From: an uncultured Candidatus Saccharibacteria bacterium
Lineage (GTDB): Bacteria; Patescibacteriota; Saccharimonadia; Saccharimonadales; Saccharimonadaceae
Direction of reading: 5' to 3'
DNA length: 64,000 nucleotides
NCBI GenBank assembly: GCA_963529005.1
Contig: CAURWY010000002.1
Coordinates: 25,076 to 89,075, forward strand
The translations under genes were made by a program, and so were the position numbers. Below are positions 1-9,207 of the stretch, piece after piece. Under the pieces are notes generated by a model. The model did not search any database, was not told the origin of the DNA, and worked only from the letters and a program-made list of their open reading frames with translations. The number at the start of each line of letters is the position of its first letter. Positions within the stretch are counted from its first letter, which is position 1.

Positions 1-480
1 GAGCAGTATATTACGAAAAGCCTACCAGCTCGGGATGATCACTCTATCACGTATGTTGTGATGAAGCGTGACAAAAAAGAGACGCGAATGCGCAATAAAG
101 CAGCACGTATCCATATGCGGCAGGTGCTGCTGCGTCGATTGCTGCTCGATACACTGGTGCAGTGTCATGAGGATGTGCGTATCGTTGTGAGCAACAAGAC
201 GATCAAGGCGGCAACGGCGCGCCAGATGCAGCGCTATATACAGCAGCAGGCGCGTGAGCACGGGTACCAGCATACACTTGTGATTGACACGGTTGAGCCG
301 CAAACTAACTATGGATTGCGTATGGCGCACTTTATTACCCGCCTTGTTTTTGTGACGTATATGCGGCCAGTGTATCTTGGTCGGGTGCTGCACAATCTCC
401 CATTGGCGCGACTCCGTATTGCAAAAGGTGAATTCATTCACGAGAGCCATACCGACTGGTTGATTGATCAGCTTACTTGA
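1..480 (+). CDS. 5'-truncated hypothetical protein, possibly DUF3800-like (RNase H fold)
   Basis: Frame is open from base 1. C-terminal 'TVEPQTNYGLRMAHFITRLVF' resembles the DUF3800 'S..x.GLQxADFxA' motif, but with His in place of Asp. Confidence 0.45.
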   Translation, partial: EQYITKSLPARDDHSITYVVMKRDKKETRMRNKAARIHMRQVLLRRLLLDTLVQCHEDVRIVVSNKTIKAATARQMQRYIQQQAREHGYQHTLVIDTVEPQTNYGLRMAHFITRLVFVTYMRPVYLGRVLHNLPLARLRIAKGEFIHESHTDWLIDQLT

Positions 481-488
481 TATATACT
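460..488 (+). promoter_or_regulatory. sigma70-type promoter
   Basis: TTGATT (460-465), 17 nt spacer, TATACT (483-488), with no ORF following. Confidence 0.6.
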
Positions 489-493
489 AAGTG

Positions 494-621
494 GGCACCA
501 CATGTGGTGTCTGTGGAGTCAGTCTTATGCCTTGCTCAGTGTAGTGAGTGACGTGTATCACGTGGTACACGTCACCGAGACGTAAGCATCCATGGCGCGT
601 TTGCAGAACGCGCCATTTTTT
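494..621 (+). ncRNA. candidate ~125-nt structured small RNA
   Basis: Hairpins 494-511 and 548-575 (GTGACGTGTA/TACACGTCAC), outer stem 524-534/576-586, own promoter and terminator. Confidence 0.5.
592..621 (+). terminator. intrinsic terminator
   Basis: ATGGCGCGTT/AACGCGCCAT stem followed by a T-run. Confidence 0.8.
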
Positions 622-798
622 GATGTCATGTTTCTATAGACTATCTCATTGATTTCCATGCCAGAGAAGTTTCAAGTATTGGCATACTTATTACTCGAAG
701 AGCCTAATACACCACTCCTTACACCCAAAGACTGGCAGAGCAAGGTCGACACGACAGGCATCGACCGTAGTGGCCGCCCAATATAACGAAGAGCACTC

Positions 799-1335
799 TT
801 ACTGATACACCCCAGGCTTCAGCACAGCAATGTACGGTAGGTTGCGGTAGTGCTGGCGGTAGTCTAGGCCGTAGCCCACCACGAATTCATTGGGGGTAGG
901 GATGCCGATGTAGTCTGCCTGCACATCCACTGTGCGGCGCTCGGGTTTATCTAGCAGGGTGCAGAGCTTGGTACTGGCGGTGTGGCGCCCCGCAAAGAGT
1001 TCAAACAGCGCCTGGGCGGTGTGGCCTGTATCCACGATGTCTTCTACTAGCAGCACATGTCGGCCAGCCACGTCTGTATCGAGGTCCTTTAAGATACGCA
1101 CATTGCCAGTCGAGGTAAGCTCATCGCCATAGCTCGAGACATCCATAAAGTCGATTTCCAGCATGCAATCCATCGCCCGCACCAGGTCGATCATAAAGGG
1201 CGCTGCCCCGCGCAAAATACCCACCACCAGCGGGTTTTTATCGGCATATTCCTGGCTCAGCTGCTCACCCAGGCGCGCCACAGCACGCGCAATGTCATCT
1301 TTGGTAAAGAGGATTGTTTCGATATCATTATGCAT
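799..1335 (-). CDS. hpt: hypoxanthine phosphoribosyltransferase
   Basis: PRPP-binding motif [13 protein letters not shown], 'VSSYG', '[16 protein letters not shown]'. Confidence 0.95.
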   Translation of the reverse strand: MHNDIETILFTKDDIARAVARLGEQLSQEYADKNPLVVGILRGAAPFMIDLVRAMDCMLEIDFMDVSSYGDELTSTGNVRILKDLDTDVAGRHVLLVEDIVDTGHTAQALFELFAGRHTASTKLCTLLDKPERRTVDVQADYIGIPTPNEFVVGYGLDYRQHYRNLPYIAVLKPGVYQ

Positions 1336-1435
1336 AAGGATTATTGTAGCAGATATGGGGTGCGGGAGCGAATTTTTTGGAAGATGATGTGTAGTGAAAA
1401 ATGCGTGGAAACGTGAACAATGCTATAATACCATC

Positions 1436-2005
1436 ATGACACAATGCACCATTCCACCCCATGCTCGGATGATTCCGCCCGAGGCACAGTGTGTCTTTGT
1501 GGGCGAGATATTTCGCGTTTACCAGTGGCCACAGCGGCTGTATGATGGCTCAGTAGCAACCTTCGAAATGGTACGCCGACCTGACACAGTATTCATCATT
1601 GCGGTCGATGACGCAGGCAAGGTGCTCGTAAACGATGAAGAACAGCCAGGCGGCATCGTGCGGCGTGGCCACCTGCCAGCGGGGCGGGTTGACCCCGAGG
1701 ATGCAACCATCATCGCAGCAGCCCAGCGCGAACTGCGCGAGGAGACAGGATGGGAGTTTGCCGACTGGCAGCTGCTAGAGGTGGTGCAGCCCGAGCCAAA
1801 GATAGAGTGGTTCATCCACCTGGTATTGGCCCGGCAACCCGTGCGCCACATGCCACCGCGCTGTGATGCAGGCGAGCGGATAACCACTCGCGCGATCTCC
1901 TGGCAGGAGCTTGTGCAATCAGCGGTGCTACTGCGGCATTTCCCGTGGCTGCGCGATGTTGCCTCGGTGGATGAGCTTGCACCGCGCCATAGGGGTAGCC
2001 TATAG
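1436..2005 (+). CDS. NUDIX hydrolase (ADP-ribose pyrophosphatase-like)
   Basis: Nudix box 'PAGRVDPED...AAQRELREETG'. Start placed at ATG 1436, just after TATAAT. Confidence 0.85.
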   Translation: MTQCTIPPHARMIPPEAQCVFVGEIFRVYQWPQRLYDGSVATFEMVRRPDTVFIIAVDDAGKVLVNDEEQPGGIVRRGHLPAGRVDPEDATIIAAAQRELREETGWEFADWQLLEVVQPEPKIEWFIHLVLARQPVRHMPPRCDAGERITTRAISWQELVQSAVLLRHFPWLRDVASVDELAPRHRGSL

Positions 2006-2128
2006 GGGGAGTAGGGGTGTGGGTATATCATATCTCCTATCCAGCGATATGGCTAAACCTAGTCGATTGTATACACAACAAGGCAGGACAATTGTCTTCT
2101 GCGCTTCATACGGTATAATAGAAAAATT

Positions 2129-2932
2129 ATGAATCGACCTATCAAGCAGATAAAACAGATCAAGCAACAGGGTAAGCTCCTGCGGATTTTTTGGCAGGCG
2201 CTGGCAGTGGCGACAGTGGTGGTGAGCGTGAAGTTCGTCCTGCACCGCCTGGGGTGGGAGCCGATTGAGCAGAGCTCATTGCACAATAGCGTCATATCCA
2301 GCGTGACCTTTGTGATTGGTTTTTTGCTCTCGGCTACGATCGCAGACTACAAAGAGTCGGAGCGGATCCCGGCGGAGTTTGCGGCGCTACTGGAGGATAT
2401 GTATGATGACGCCGCGGCAATTCATCAGAGCTATCCGGTGTTTGATCTCGATGGCTTTCGCCGCCAGCTGTATGCTGTAGCCCAGGGGTTTTCGAGCGAT
2501 GTGCGTCACTCGGCCTACGATGCCCGGCAGGACATCCGAGGCTTAACGCCGTATTTTGCCACGATGGAGCAGGGCAATGTGCCACCCAACTTCATCGTCA
2601 AGCTCAAGCAGCAGCAGACGGTGCTGCTTCGCCACCGCCATCGGGTCGATTACATTCAGCGGATCCGCTTTATTCCCTCGGCATCTATCTTGGCGCGCTC
2701 TATTGTGGTGGCATTGCTTGGTCTCTTGCTTATTACCAACATCGACCCATTTGTCGCCAGCCTGACGGTGGTGGGGCTGATCAGCTTTGTCTTGGTGTAT
2801 ATGATCATCCTCATCCACGTTATCAGCACGCCCTTCCACAAGGCTGGCAAAACCCGCGACGACGTAAGCCTCTTCCTTATCCATGATGCTGAGGAGTATC
2901 TGAACGGCCCGAGCGATGCGGCGAGCAAATAG
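2129..2932 (+). CDS. multi-pass membrane protein (bestrophin-like layout, uncertain)
   Basis: Two N-terminal and two C-terminal hydrophobic helices around a soluble helical region. Confidence 0.6.
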   Translation: MNRPIKQIKQIKQQGKLLRIFWQALAVATVVVSVKFVLHRLGWEPIEQSSLHNSVISSVTFVIGFLLSATIADYKESERIPAEFAALLEDMYDDAAAIHQSYPVFDLDGFRRQLYAVAQGFSSDVRHSAYDARQDIRGLTPYFATMEQGNVPPNFIVKLKQQQTVLLRHRHRVDYIQRIRFIPSASILARSIVVALLGLLLITNIDPFVASLTVVGLISFVLVYMIILIHVISTPFHKAGKTRDDVSLFLIHDAEEYLNGPSDAASK

Positions 2933-3246
2933 GCCGAGCTCGGTGTATCAATAGGGGTGTGAGAAGCGCGATATTTCTCGTGATAATCTCGGCCATTACG
3001 CTCCTTGCTAGAGTGGCATAGAGGCTGCTATGTATCAGGTGTTACACGCCAGTAAAATATGAGAATTTGTGGCGTCTATGAATCACTGCGTTTTACCGAG
3101 AGTCACCGTCAGCAACAGATATATGACCTGTAGAACAGGGGCTTGAAGCTATAACGGCCACCCCTTTTGCTTATTGGGTATATAGCTATTATCGCCCAAC
3201 ATTGCTATAATAGAACTGTACTAACACTAACCATGGAGGATCTCAC

Positions 3247-3441
3247 ATGGGACTTACTGATGACATCAAAGCCAAAGCTCAAAAAGTAGCTGATGACGTA
3301 CAAGACAAAGCCGAAGAAGTGGCTGAGAAGGCTAAAGACGCTGCGCAAAACGCCGTCGATACTGTAAAAGACAAGGCGAACGACCTCGAGAACAAAGCTC
3401 ATGAGACTAAGGGCTATGTAAAAGGCAAGATGGATAAATAA
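3247..3441 (+). CDS. small CsbD/LEA-like stress protein
   Basis: K/A/D/E-rich repeats 'KAQKVADDVQDKAEEVAEKAKDAA', GGAGG RBS, downstream terminator. Confidence 0.7.
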   Translation: MGLTDDIKAKAQKVADDVQDKAEEVAEKAKDAAQNAVDTVKDKANDLENKAHETKGYVKGKMDK

Positions 3442-3464
3442 CCCTCCACCTCTTGATAGCTACG

Positions 3465-3496
3465 AGGGCTGCTCTGCACATTGGAGCAGCTCTTTT
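3465..3496 (+). terminator. intrinsic terminator
   Basis: AGGGCTGCTCT/GGAGCAGCTCT stem followed by Ts. Confidence 0.7.
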
Positions 3497-3562
3497 GGTG
3501 TGAGCACGCATTTGCGAGGCAGCACTATACATGGTACGATGAGAAAAATATAAGGAGAAATT

Positions 3563-4135
3563 ATGCCCATCCATAGCCCCGCTGACTATCCCGCCATCAT
3601 CGCGCGCCTCAAAGCCAAGCTAGCCGAAAAGGGCGTCGTGATGGGTCCAACACTCAGCGAAGCAGACATTACCGCCTTTGAGACCGCCTGCAACACGCGC
3701 CTGCCCGAGGCCTATCGACTCTTCCTCCAGCAGGTAGGCGATGGTTGCCAAGATATTCGGCAGCCCAGTGGCATCTCTATCTATGGCCTCAAACGACTGG
3801 CTGATACCGAGGTGAAAGACCTCTCGCGCAGTGTGACGATTGATGACTACTGGCTCTGGGAGGAAGAAGAGGATGAGGCACTGCTTACGAACAAAGCATT
3901 TGAGGAGCGGCTGGGTAATGAAGGTGTGCTGCTCCTCGACCAAGGCTGTGGCGATACTTACCAGCTTATCACCTCTGGCAAATGGGCTGGCGAAGTATGG
4001 AACTTCTGCGACGTAGGGGCTGGCCCATGCTGCGAGCGCCAGGACTTCCTTGGCTGGCTAGAGCTGTGGATCGATAGCGACTTTGACGCAGACTTCTTCA
4101 AGGATTATGTCTATCCAGGTAATACCGCACAGTAA
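3563..4135 (+). CDS. SMI1/KNR4 (SUKH) family immunity-type protein
   Basis: 'LSEADITAFE...LPEAYRLFLQQVGDG' and 'DQGCG...LITSGKWAGEVW'; AAGGAG RBS. Confidence 0.85.
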   Translation: MPIHSPADYPAIIARLKAKLAEKGVVMGPTLSEADITAFETACNTRLPEAYRLFLQQVGDGCQDIRQPSGISIYGLKRLADTEVKDLSRSVTIDDYWLWEEEEDEALLTNKAFEERLGNEGVLLLDQGCGDTYQLITSGKWAGEVWNFCDVGAGPCCERQDFLGWLELWIDSDFDADFFKDYVYPGNTAQ

Positions 4136-4205
4136 TACCCCACACCCCATAGCACGTGTCTGCAGGGGGTATTAGCTATCGCCATGCCATGCTACACTAA
4201 GGGGT

Positions 4206-4937
4206 ATGACGAAACCATTTGTACTGCTGCAGTCGCGCCCAGAGGATGAGGCGTCGGATAACGAATATCAGGCATTCTTGCATTTTGGTGGTCTTGCGCC
4301 AACCGATCTTGAGCGAGTGCGCATCGAGGCAGGGCAGCGCCCCACGCAGCCGCTCAGCGCCTACAGCGGCGTGCTGATGGGTGGTGGCCCGGCCAACTTT
4401 GCCTATGCTCCGGCCAAGAAGCCCGCCGAGCAGCGCCAGTTCGAAGCTGTGATGATGCCGCTCCTGCGCGAGATTATTACCCATGATGTGCCATTTCTTG
4501 GTGCCTGCCTGGGGGTTGGCGCGCTGGTGTCGGCGCTGGGTGGTACGCCGAGCTTTGCGTATGGTGAGGCAATTGGTGCCGTGCCGATCACCCTCACGCC
4601 AGCAGCTAGGGATGACCCACTCCTCGCTAGCTTACCCACTACCTTCGACGGCTTCGTTGGGCACAAAGAAGGGGTGCTTGAGCCACCGGCTGCCTGTACT
4701 GTCTTAGCGCGCTCGCGCAGTTGCGTGCAGATGCTGCGAGTGGGGCGCAATGTGTATGCCACGCAGTTTCATCCCGAGCTCGACCCGGAGAGCCTTGCTC
4801 TGCGTATCGATATCTATCGCCACGCTGGCTACTGTGCTCCGGACGAAGCCGATACTCTCATCGCCAATGCCCGCCAGCAAACCGTCACCGAGCCAATCAA
4901 AATTCTGCGCCAGTTTGTGCAGCGGTATCGGCAGTAG
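4206..4937 (+). CDS. class I glutamine amidotransferase (GMP-synthase-like GATase domain)
   Basis: 'GGGP', nucleophile elbow 'FLGACLG', 'ATQFHPE'. Confidence 0.9.
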   Translation: MTKPFVLLQSRPEDEASDNEYQAFLHFGGLAPTDLERVRIEAGQRPTQPLSAYSGVLMGGGPANFAYAPAKKPAEQRQFEAVMMPLLREIITHDVPFLGACLGVGALVSALGGTPSFAYGEAIGAVPITLTPAARDDPLLASLPTTFDGFVGHKEGVLEPPAACTVLARSRSCVQMLRVGRNVYATQFHPELDPESLALRIDIYRHAGYCAPDEADTLIANARQQTVTEPIKILRQFVQRYRQ

Positions 4938-5341
4938 ACTTACGCTCAGTTTTTTATAACCTGTATTCAATAACTCCCTTCGAGCTGTTAATAGTCGATA
5001 TGGCTACTGTATTGCTAGACAAAAGCCGGCTAGTAATACACACCCTATACTTACCAGATAAAGTGACAGGGAAGAGAACATAAGGGGTCTCGATACGCTA
5101 AAGAATGCGGGCTGATTGTCAATTTCTTATGCAAAATATACCCCCTCACCCATATGGGTAGTAGGCTATAGCACAATCTTTAGGTGATAGTCATAGCAAG
5201 ATGTTAACTGTGTCTTGCTTGGGTATAATTCCATTAAATCAACCTATGAGTCTATATAGGGTATGGCCTATAGGGTATTGGTAAAAACAGAGGTAACATG
5301 ACTTGCAAATTGTCAATATATCATATATGATAAGGGACATT

Positions 5342-5896
5342 ATGAAATTATTTGAAAAAAGTTCAATACCAATACCAAATCACGTACGGATTCATACTGA
5401 TTCTGTTATTCCACCATCGATCAAGCGCTACGACGGTACACATACTGCACCAGTTAGCCTGGCAACTGACATACGTCTAGAAGGTGAAGGGCCCGAGCAG
5501 CGCCTAGTGGTGGATACCGTCCATACGACGCAGGGGAGTTACAAGGATTTTCTTGATCGAGGTATCGTATCAGACTATGGATTTACAACGGCAGCGCTAC
5601 CTGGCATAACGGGTGAGATGCGTGGCTGGATGGGCGAAGGCGAAGAAGACGGAGTAGTGAATGTCCTCGCACTTTTTCGGCCAGATGATGCTACGGAGAG
5701 AGGTGCAGTCAACGAGCGGCGTAGCTCAGAGGTAGTGCGCGCACGGCGTATTGGTGAGCTGGCTGCCTGGGCGATGGCACAGCACCTGCTCCTTGGCAAG
5801 CGGGCTAAGGCAGATATGACCTTTGATGCGAAGATACTGCGAAAAACCATGAACAAGCACAGTAAGCGTGGTGATGTAGCAATACTTCTGCCGTAA
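5342..5896 (+). CDS. hypothetical protein
   Basis: 184-codon ORF with promoter-like elements upstream; no recognised domain. Confidence 0.6.
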   Translation: MKLFEKSSIPIPNHVRIHTDSVIPPSIKRYDGTHTAPVSLATDIRLEGEGPEQRLVVDTVHTTQGSYKDFLDRGIVSDYGFTTAALPGITGEMRGWMGEGEEDGVVNVLALFRPDDATERGAVNERRSSEVVRARRIGELAAWAMAQHLLLGKRAKADMTFDAKILRKTMNKHSKRGDVAILLP

Positions 5897-6107
5897 GCTC
5901 ATGCCTTGCAAGAGGTATAGTTACGCTATATTACAAGCCTGTGGAAGCATAAGAAGCTCAATAATTTATACGAGCTTCTTTGCTTTTGGCAGTGGCCGAA
6001 GCATCGCTACTCGCGGAGAGGTCAAACTACCGTGCTTTGCTACTATTTATCGAGAAAATGACCTCCGCATAGGTACCCCATCACCCACCAATAGGGTAGG
6101 GCTACCC

Positions 6108-6482
6108 CTATGCAGCAGCGTGACACACTGCCTCAATGTTATGCCCGTTTGGGTCGATAAGGAAAGCACCATAATAGTCTGGATGATAGATTGCCCGCAC
6201 GCCTGGTGCGCCATTGTCCTGTGCTCCTGCTGCTAGGCCAGCCGCATAGAATGCATCAACTGCTGCCCGCGACGGTGCAGCAAAAGCAAAGTGTAGTGGC
6301 GATGATGGCTCGCCTTGCCCAAGCCAAAATATCCCGGTATGCTGCGTCCGGTCTGGATTGCTAAAGCCCACGCCATATGATTCGTCAATTGTCTTGGCAT
6401 AGCCCAGTGGCGCCAATACCGCCTCATAAAAGGCTTTGCTTGCTTCAATATCTTTAACGATAATGCCAAAATGATCGATCAT
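6108..6482 (-). CDS. VOC/glyoxalase family protein
   Basis: 'IDHFGIIVKDIEASKAFY', 'HFAFAA', 'YYGAFLIDPNGHNIEAV'; AAGGAGG RBS. Confidence 0.92.
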   Translation of the reverse strand: MIDHFGIIVKDIEASKAFYEAVLAPLGYAKTIDESYGVGFSNPDRTQHTGIFWLGQGEPSSPLHFAFAAPSRAAVDAFYAAGLAAGAQDNGAPGVRAIYHPDYYGAFLIDPNGHNIEAVCHAAA

Positions 6483-6525
6483 GAGGTACCTCCTTGTGAT
6501 ATACCGATTAGTGTATTGTCTCTCA

Positions 6526-6559
6526 AGTATATGCCACAAATGACGACAGCAGTGTGTCA
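6526..6559 (-). promoter_or_regulatory. putative WYL-activator site plus -10 box for the VOC gene
   Basis: Inverted repeat TGACA-N6-TGTCG (6544-6559) placed upstream of TATACT (6526-6531) on the minus strand. Confidence 0.55.
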
Positions 6560-6588
6560 GTATTGAATGTTTTTTGTGCTTTTTGAGC

Positions 6589-7494
6589 TTACTCTACGCT
6601 TCGGCGCTGCGCTACCATCGCGCGGAGCTGCGCTGGCTCGTCGACGATGACACTGGGCGGGAGGTGGCAGATTGCTTCGCAAGCGATTGCGAGCTGCGGC
6701 GTATAAAAGGTAACATGAGCATGGTTGACATCGAGAAATGATCCGTCAAGCACCTCCGCTACCGCCAGCGCATCGTGCGCAGCATAGCGGAGCTCTACGC
6801 GCGTGTAGCCAGCGATTGGCTGGCGCGAGAAGACAACGTTGCTCGAGTAGTTGTCACCAGTAGAGGCGTCTGGGTAAGGCCTGGGTGAGAAGCTCTCCTC
6901 TCGCGGTGAGAGGCGAATGATGCGTCGCAACTTGAAGAGACGAAAATCCTGGCGCAGCTGGCAAAACGCCCACACATACCAGCTCGCTTGCCGAAATACC
7001 AGCTGATGTGGCTCGATCACCCGCTCTGTCTGGCCATCATAGCCAATGTAGCACATCTGCATGCAGTATTGCTCCTCGATCGCCTGCTGCAATTGCTCAA
7101 TCTTGTGCTGAACAGGGTGTTCCGCCGCCCAGGGTGCAAAGTTGATAGCATACATCGGCATCGCAGACTGGTCATCTTCGGGGAGAAGCTTTGCGTGCAA
7201 GGTAGCGATTGATGATTGACGGGCGATGCTCTGGAGGCATGTCAGTGCACTTGCTAGATGCTGCTTGTCGGTAGTGGAGAGAATTCGCCGATCAAGCGTG
7301 TAGTGTGGCATGAGGGCATGCCCACCATCGCGGCCAGTCCGAGTGATGATAGGAATGCCCGCCTGGTTCAGTGTCTCGATATCGCGCAAAATAGTACGCT
7401 TCGACACCTCAAAGCGATCGGCTAGTTCCTGAGCAGTGGCTTTGTCTCGCTCGCAGAGGAGCGACAGAATGGCGAATAGGCGCTGGAGTTTCAT
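6589..7494 (-). CDS. YafY-family HTH-WYL transcriptional regulator
   Basis: N-terminal HTH 'TAQELADRFEVSKRTILRDIETL' and WYL domain 'RVIEPHQL...WYVWAFCQLRQDFRLFKLRRI'. Confidence 0.92.
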   Translation of the reverse strand: MKLQRLFAILSLLCERDKATAQELADRFEVSKRTILRDIETLNQAGIPIITRTGRDGGHALMPHYTLDRRILSTTDKQHLASALTCLQSIARQSSIATLHAKLLPEDDQSAMPMYAINFAPWAAEHPVQHKIEQLQQAIEEQYCMQMCYIGYDGQTERVIEPHQLVFRQASWYVWAFCQLRQDFRLFKLRRIIRLSPREESFSPRPYPDASTGDNYSSNVVFSRQPIAGYTRVELRYAAHDALAVAEVLDGSFLDVNHAHVTFYTPQLAIACEAICHLPPSVIVDEPAQLRAMVAQRRSVE

Positions 7495-8065
7495 AATAAC
7501 CTTACCAGATAATTCGTATAGCAATTATATACCACTATTGTAGCAACGTATGACTTGTCATAACAAAGAAAGATGTTTATGAGAGCAGATTCTAGGTAGG
7601 TTAGTGGTATATAGACAGTAGGGGTATAGGTATTATTGCAGGATATACAGTCCCGTGTGCTGCGTGACTGCCTGGTAAGATAGCGGCATGTCGATATGTA
7701 GATACGTGTTGCGAGGTTTATGAAATGGTTGCTTTGCGTAATGAGGGTGCTACCTTGGTTTCACTTCCTAGCATCACCCCCGGCGAAAGACATAGTGGAT
7801 TTGGATAGAAATACAGCAGTGTAAAAGCGAAAAATGACTACCGAACAGTGGTCTAGTGTCGGTAAAAAATCTCCACGACTTTTCCACATGATCCTAGACG
7901 CTAGATATGGGCACGCTATATATAGCGTAGGTAAAGACAGAGTTCTTGATCATAACAGAGGTAGTGATGGTGCGCAGCATCAACGCAATAGCTGTATTTA
8001 GCAAGCACTCCACACACCATATGGTATAATTACCTCGATAACCCCATAAACAAGGAGACAAGCAG

Positions 8066-8443
8066 ATGAGTAATTTTCCGGTAGTGCGCGTAGAGCGTGT
8101 TGATGTGCGGAATGAGAGTGCGTCGAAGATAGATGTGTGGGCACGCATTAAGAATGATTCCGACCGGCAGGTGAAGGTTGTGAGCTGGGAGTATCTAGGG
8201 AGTATGCGCAACGAGTCGCACACGCTTAACCCGGGCAACACAGTGGATGTGATGCTCTACAGCGGCGCACCCAAGAATTATCCAGACCAAATGTATATTC
8301 GCTACGAAGCCGAGCACGATGGTGGTAGGCATTACTTCTTGGCGCGGCACCAGGCGAAGTTTGACGAGCGCTATAACAATGACACGAAATGGTATCGGCC
8401 ATCAGACTGGATGGAGTTCCAGCGCGTGGATCGTGGTAACTAG
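8066..8443 (+). CDS. hypothetical protein (beta-rich, 125 aa)
   Basis: TATAAT and AAGGAG RBS upstream; stop lies 1 nt before the rnhA start. Confidence 0.7.
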   Translation: MSNFPVVRVERVDVRNESASKIDVWARIKNDSDRQVKVVSWEYLGSMRNESHTLNPGNTVDVMLYSGAPKNYPDQMYIRYEAEHDGGRHYFLARHQAKFDERYNNDTKWYRPSDWMEFQRVDRGN

Positions 8444-8444
8444 T

Positions 8445-8885
8445 ATGGTAGTCGCTCCACGCATCTTCTACACCGATGGCAGCGCCAGCCCCAACCCTGG
8501 CCCGGGCGGCTATGCCGTCATCGAGCAGGGCAAGCCCGTGGCGCTGGGCAGCGAACCAGGCAACACGACGAACATCCGCATGGAGGGGATGGCCCTCATC
8601 GCAGCCATGCAGTTAGCTGGGGCTGAGAAATGTGAGATTCATACCGATAGCGAATTTTGGGTCAATGTCCTCACCAAGTGGGCACCTGGCTGGGCAGCCA
8701 AGGGCTGGCGCAAGAGCAGCGGGCCCATCAAGAATCTCGAGCTGGTGCAAGAAGCCTATGCGCTTTATACCACCGTGCAACCCAAGCTCATCTGGGTGCG
8801 CGGCCATAGCGGCCACGAGCAAAACGAGCTCGCCGACCAATGGGCCAACCGAGCACGAGCCGGGGAGCGGCTAGAGGAAAAATAA
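8445..8885 (+). CDS. rnhA: ribonuclease HI
   Basis: 'YTDGSASPNPGPGG', 'TTNIRME', 'HTDSE', 'WVRGHSGHEQNELADQWA'. Confidence 0.95.
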   Translation: MVVAPRIFYTDGSASPNPGPGGYAVIEQGKPVALGSEPGNTTNIRMEGMALIAAMQLAGAEKCEIHTDSEFWVNVLTKWAPGWAAKGWRKSSGPIKNLELVQEAYALYTTVQPKLIWVRGHSGHEQNELADQWANRARAGERLEEK

Positions 8886-8891
8886 GTAGCT

Positions 8892-8919
8892 AAAAACTGG
8901 TCATAGTGACCGGTTTTTT
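8892..8919 (+). terminator. intrinsic (bidirectional-type) terminator
   Basis: AAAAACTGGTCA/TGACCGGTTTTT. Confidence 0.75.
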
Positions 8920-9042
8920 AGGTATGGAAAATCTGGCTGCGAGATAACTTGAGTGCGGTTGTATCTTTCTTATCGCGTTGTGCTGCATCGACGAGGTGGA
9001 TATTTCTAACACAAATATATGCTATACTATTACCAATATCAC

Positions 9043-9147
9043 TAATATCCAGAGTGCGACGAGGGACTGGCCCGATGACTCGCCAGCAACCTGCTCGGGA
9101 AGCGAGTAAGGTGCTAATTCCAGCCTGTGCGCAGGAAAGATATGAGA
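9043..9147 (+). promoter_or_regulatory. SAM-I (S-box) riboswitch aptamer
   Basis: Consensus blocks ATCCAGAG, GAGGGACTGGCCCGATGA, CAGCAACC, GGTGCTAATTCC and GAAAGAT, upstream of metK; -10 TATACT at 9023-9028. Confidence 0.92.
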
Positions 9148-9160
9148 CGCGTAAGAGAGC

Positions 9161-9207
9161 AGCTCCTTTCTCGCCTGGCAGTGCAGGATAAGAGAAGGGA
9201 GTTTTTT
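9161..9207 (+). terminator. riboswitch expression-platform terminator that also covers the RBS
   Basis: AGCTCCTTTCTC/GAGAAGGGAGTT stem and T-run ending immediately before ATG 9208. Confidence 0.7.

Noticed and set aside
658..786. 42-codon ORF after the terminator
   Set aside because: No RBS or promoter and no recognisable motif; could be a remnant but is unsupported
9127..9207. N-terminal extension of MetK from the ORF track
   Set aside because: Overlaps the SAM riboswitch; homology and RBS point to ATG 9208
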